Of a stretch of DNA of 35,727 bases, positions 32,878-35,727 are shown one piece after another (positions within the stretch are counted from its first letter, which is position 1; each line of letters starts with the position of its first letter). The DNA is taken from the IMG/VR virus record IMGVR_UViG_3300044993_000095, positions 1 to 35,727 of that record. One strand, given 5' to 3'. Origin of the DNA: a virus (lineage: Duplodnaviria; Caudoviricetes). The notes under the pieces were generated by a model. The model ran no database searches, was not told the DNA's origin, and was given only the letters and a program-made list of their open reading frames with translations. The position numbers and the translations under genes are program-made.

Positions 32878-35727
32878 AGTGCTTGGTGGTCTCCTGTGAG
32901 AGCTTGTTCAGAACCTTCAGGTAAAAGTCCCGGCTGTGGAACCGGCCCTTGAGATTACTCGTTGCCGCGAGGTCCGGCGCGGCAGCGTGCACGGTGTGAA
33001 GCGTCACTTCGGCGTCGAACCCGCCGCCCGTCGTGGCGACGCACAGCGAGTAGTACGGCATCGCGTCGGAGATCATCTTGATCTGCGGCATGTCGGCAAT
33101 CTGCTCCATGAGCTTGATGCCTTGGTACGCCTGCTCGAGATGCTCCGGCCTGTGCCCGTTGCGTTCGGCGTCGAACTGGATGCTTTGGGCGATGTCGCGC
33201 AGCCACAGGAACTTGTTGAGCGGGCGCTCGTTCGGGTACTTGGCCACGTCGCGCATGAGCAGCGGCAGGTTGCGCTGGTAGCGGGCCCGGCGCGTCGCTT
33301 CGTCGAAGTAGCCGTGGTGCAGGAACTTCAGTTCGGGCCGCACGATGGAATACGGGATCGCCTTGCCCAGCGTCTGCTCGGGATGTTCGTGCACGACGCC
33401 GTAGAACCGCACGCCGATGTGATTGCGGAACAGCCTGCATGGATAGTCGGTGGTGAGCACGCTCGGCGGGTCCACGGCGTAGTGAATCTGCGCGAAGCCG
33501 TAAGCGTTGTGCATGGACGGGCGCGCGAGCTTGTGCAAGAGCGGCGCGTCGCGCAGCTCCTCGTCCGAATCGATCCAAATGATCCAGTCGGCGGTCGCTT
33601 TGCCAATGGTCTCGTTGCGCGCCTCTTCGAATCCGTCGCGTTGCGCACTTTTCTCGCCAATGCCGTACACGATGGAACGATGCGGGAAGTCGGCGGCCAA
33701 GTGCTCGCAAATTTCCAGCGTGCGGTCGATTGTCGCGGGGTCGATGCTGATGATGATCTCGTCCACCCAGTCCACGAACGACTCGACGCAGCGGCGGAGC
33801 GTCTTCTCGCCGTCGCGGACGATGAGGCACGCCGCCACGGTCTGGCGCGGCGCGTACTCGGCCAGCTTGCGCTCGTAGTCAACCGTCCAGAACGGAATAG
33901 ACTGCGTCGGCCACACGGCCCACACCCACGAGCCGAGCGAGAAGCCGCTGCGGTCATGGCCCGCAGGCGCGTGCAGCACGGACACCTCATGACCGCGACA
34001 AATGTCCTCGATGTCCGCGCGCTCAAAATGGTGCAGATGCTCGCGGCCCGTGCGGAAAGCGACCGTGCCGGAATGCTCCCAGCGTCCGCACGGCGTCGTC
34101 ACGATCAAGCAGCCGCCCGGGCGCAGCAGCTCCTTGAGGTCGTTGAGCAGCTTGTTGTAATCCCAGACGTGCTCGACCACCTCGCCCGCCAAGATGACAT
34201 CGAACTTGCCGAGTTCGCCACCGGCCAGCACCGACTGATCGCCGCGCACGAAGGTCACGTTCTCGACCTTGTCGCGCTCCGCCCACTTGCGGGCGGCGTT
34301 CACGGCGCGGTCGGAGATGTCGACCCCGACGAACTCGCAGACGCTGAACGCTTTGGCGAACGGGATCGTGTAGTGGCCATGCGCGCAGCCGTAGTCCAAC
34401 ACGCGCAGCGACGTAGCCTTCGACTTCTCGACATGCGTCGCAAAGTGATGCATCGTGCCGCGGAACCGCGCCGTGCCCGTCACGTCCTCGCCAATGACGC
34501 GCTCCTCAAACTCGTCGTAGTAAGCCGTCTGGTGCTTGGCGTAGTGCGCGGCATAGGCGTCTTGCGACGACTTGAACGCGTACATGGTCGCGAGCTCGCG
34601 CTTGAGCGTGTCGCTGACGGCGCTCTCGTTGTGCCTGACCACCCACTCCGCAAATCCGATGTCCGAATGCTCGATGGCGTGACGGACGATGGCGTTGACG
34701 TTGCGGCGGCTGGCGAGCGCTGCGCGGTACACGTCGAGCAGCGTATCGACCGCGCGCTCCCACGTCCGGGACTGCGCCGCCTCAAGCTGCCTCGCGCGCA
34801 TCGCCGTCAACTCGTCCGGATACTGACCTGGCAGCACGAGGCCGAATGTCGTCTGCAGCCACTGGTCGAAAGCGTCCAGGTCCGCCTGCCCGTCCGCCGT
34901 CAGCGGGATGAGCGTCGTGCCGGAGTCTTTGCACGTCTCCGGCAGCGCGGCGCACTCCGACGTGAGCATCGGCAGCCCCGCATGCATCGCCTCCATGGCC
35001 GTGATGCACGACACTTCCTCGAACGTCGTCGGATACAGCAGCAGGTCGCAGCGCTGTTGCAGGGCGGCGAGCTGAGGCTTGGATAGCGAGCCGATGTAGG
35101 ACACATTGTCCATGCCCGTCATCTTGCGGCGCAGCATGGCGTAGTACGGCGCCATCGTGGCGGTCGTGTTGTCGTAGCCGCAGACGATCAGATGGACCGG
35201 CATGCCGGTGATCTTCGCGCGCTCCATCAATGCGAGCGCGTTCTCAAGGCCGCGCTCCGGGCGCGATTGGTACAGCAGCAGGAACTTGCCCGAGGGCAGG
35301 CACACCGCATCCTTGTCCGCGCGTCCCACGTTCGCCGAGTCGTCGCTCAGCGTGATCCTGAGCGCGTCATGGGTCTGCGGCCCGTACAGCGCCGGGTCCA
35401 CGCCGTTCGGGACGACGTTCACGTAGTCCGGGTTCAGGCCCCAGACCTTCAGAACCTGTTGCCGGTGCCACTCGCTGACCGTCGTCACGGCGTCGATCTG
35501 CCACGTGCCGCCGAGCGCCTGCTGCGCGCTGCGGTGCAGGGCGAGATCGTGCAGCTGCCAGATGCAGACCTTCGCCGCGTACTGCTTGTGAAACGCGAAC
35601 GGCAGGCGCTGGATGATGAGCAGGTCGTGCGGCGTGTTGAGCGCGTAGTGCTCGAACCGCTCGCCCAGTGGCGACTGTTGCGACGTGTCGCCGTGCCAGA
35701 TGTATGTGACGCCATCGCACGCGCTTT
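32858..35727 (-). CDS. Multidomain GT4 glycosyltransferase - SAM methyltransferase - GT2 glycosyltransferase fusion (5' end outside the window)
   Basis: The frame is open from the right edge (SACDGVTYIWH...DLLIIQR...IWQLHD...VTTVSEWH). GT-B motif EEVSCITAMEAMHAGLP; MTase motifs VLDYGCAHG, GVDIS and FDVILAGEVVEHV; GT2 motifs CLIVRDGEKTLRRC, ARN, WIDSDE, RLFRN and GVVHE. Confidence 0.88.
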   Translation of the reverse strand, partial: SACDGVTYIWHGDTSQQSPLGERFEHYALNTPHDLLIIQRLPFAFHKQYAAKVCIWQLHDLALHRSAQQALGGTWQIDAVTTVSEWHRQQVLKVWGLNPDYVNVVPNGVDPALYGPQTHDALRITLSDDSANVGRADKDAVCLPSGKFLLLYQSRPERGLENALALMERAKITGMPVHLIVCGYDNTTATMAPYYAMLRRKMTGMDNVSYIGSLSKPQLAALQQRCDLLLYPTTFEEVSCITAMEAMHAGLPMLTSECAALPETCKDSGTTLIPLTADGQADLDAFDQWLQTTFGLVLPGQYPDELTAMRARQLEAAQSRTWERAVDTLLDVYRAALASRRNVNAIVRHAIEHSDIGFAEWVVRHNESAVSDTLKRELATMYAFKSSQDAYAAHYAKHQTAYYDEFEERVIGEDVTGTARFRGTMHHFATHVEKSKATSLRVLDYGCAHGHYTIPFAKAFSVCEFVGVDISDRAVNAARKWAERDKVENVTFVRGDQSVLAGGELGKFDVILAGEVVEHVWDYNKLLNDLKELLRPGGCLIVTTPCGRWEHSGTVAFRTGREHLHHFERADIEDICRGHEVSVLHAPAGHDRSGFSLGSWVWAVWPTQSIPFWTVDYERKLAEYAPRQTVAACLIVRDGEKTLRRCVESFVDWVDEIIISIDPATIDRTLEICEHLAADFPHRSIVYGIGEKSAQRDGFEEARNETIGKATADWIIWIDSDEELRDAPLLHKLARPSMHNAYGFAQIHYAVDPPSVLTTDYPCRLFRNHIGVRFYGVVHEHPEQTLGKAIPYSIVRPELKFLHHGYFDEATRRARYQRNLPLLMRDVAKYPNERPLNKFLWLRDIAQSIQFDAERNGHRPEHLEQAYQGIKLMEQIADMPQIKMISDAMPYYSLCVATTGGGFDAEVTLHTVHAAAPDLAATSNLKGRFHSRDFYLKVLNKLSQETTKHYEDRHL

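Noticed and set aside
16930-35086. Long + strand ORFs (16930..18675, 23325..24809, 32936..35086 and others)
   Set aside because: They are antisense shadows of well-supported - strand genes in high-GC DNA, with Arg/Ala-rich composition and no recognisable motifs.

Overview
This window is a large part of a GC-rich tailed (siphovirus-type) phage or prophage genome, probably of a Gram-negative host (spanins and a PagL-like outer-membrane protein are present). From left to right it holds: a non-coding control region (AT-rich tract, GTGTAAGG motifs, nine 20-bp palindromic repeats); a + strand operon of small genes; a - strand replication module (Toprim primase fused to a VirE/VapE-type helicase, Cro-like HTH, VRR-NUC nuclease, SF2 helicase); a divergent YqaJ/RecT recombination operon; and a long - strand late operon. 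The late operon contains a GT4-methyltransferase-GT2 fusion, a radical SAM enzyme, adhesin-like proteins, neck and tail genes (tail tube, frameshifted tail chaperone, tape measure, Dit, hub, tail tip), a PagL-like protein and lysis genes. The standout feature is at 2326-4857. It is a perfectly phased array of 46 x 36-nt units (GATCGAGACA-N8-GAGAGAACCA-N8) directly upstream of a 270-aa protein with an IS110/Nop-like RNA-binding domain but no RuvC or HNH nuclease. This architecture matches a phage-encoded TIGR-Tas (TasA-type) RNA-guided DNA-targeting system, here with 8 variable nt per spacer and signs of spacer shuffling. Terminase, portal, capsid and integrase genes are not visible in the window. 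All protein calls come from motif recognition by eye; no database searches were run.
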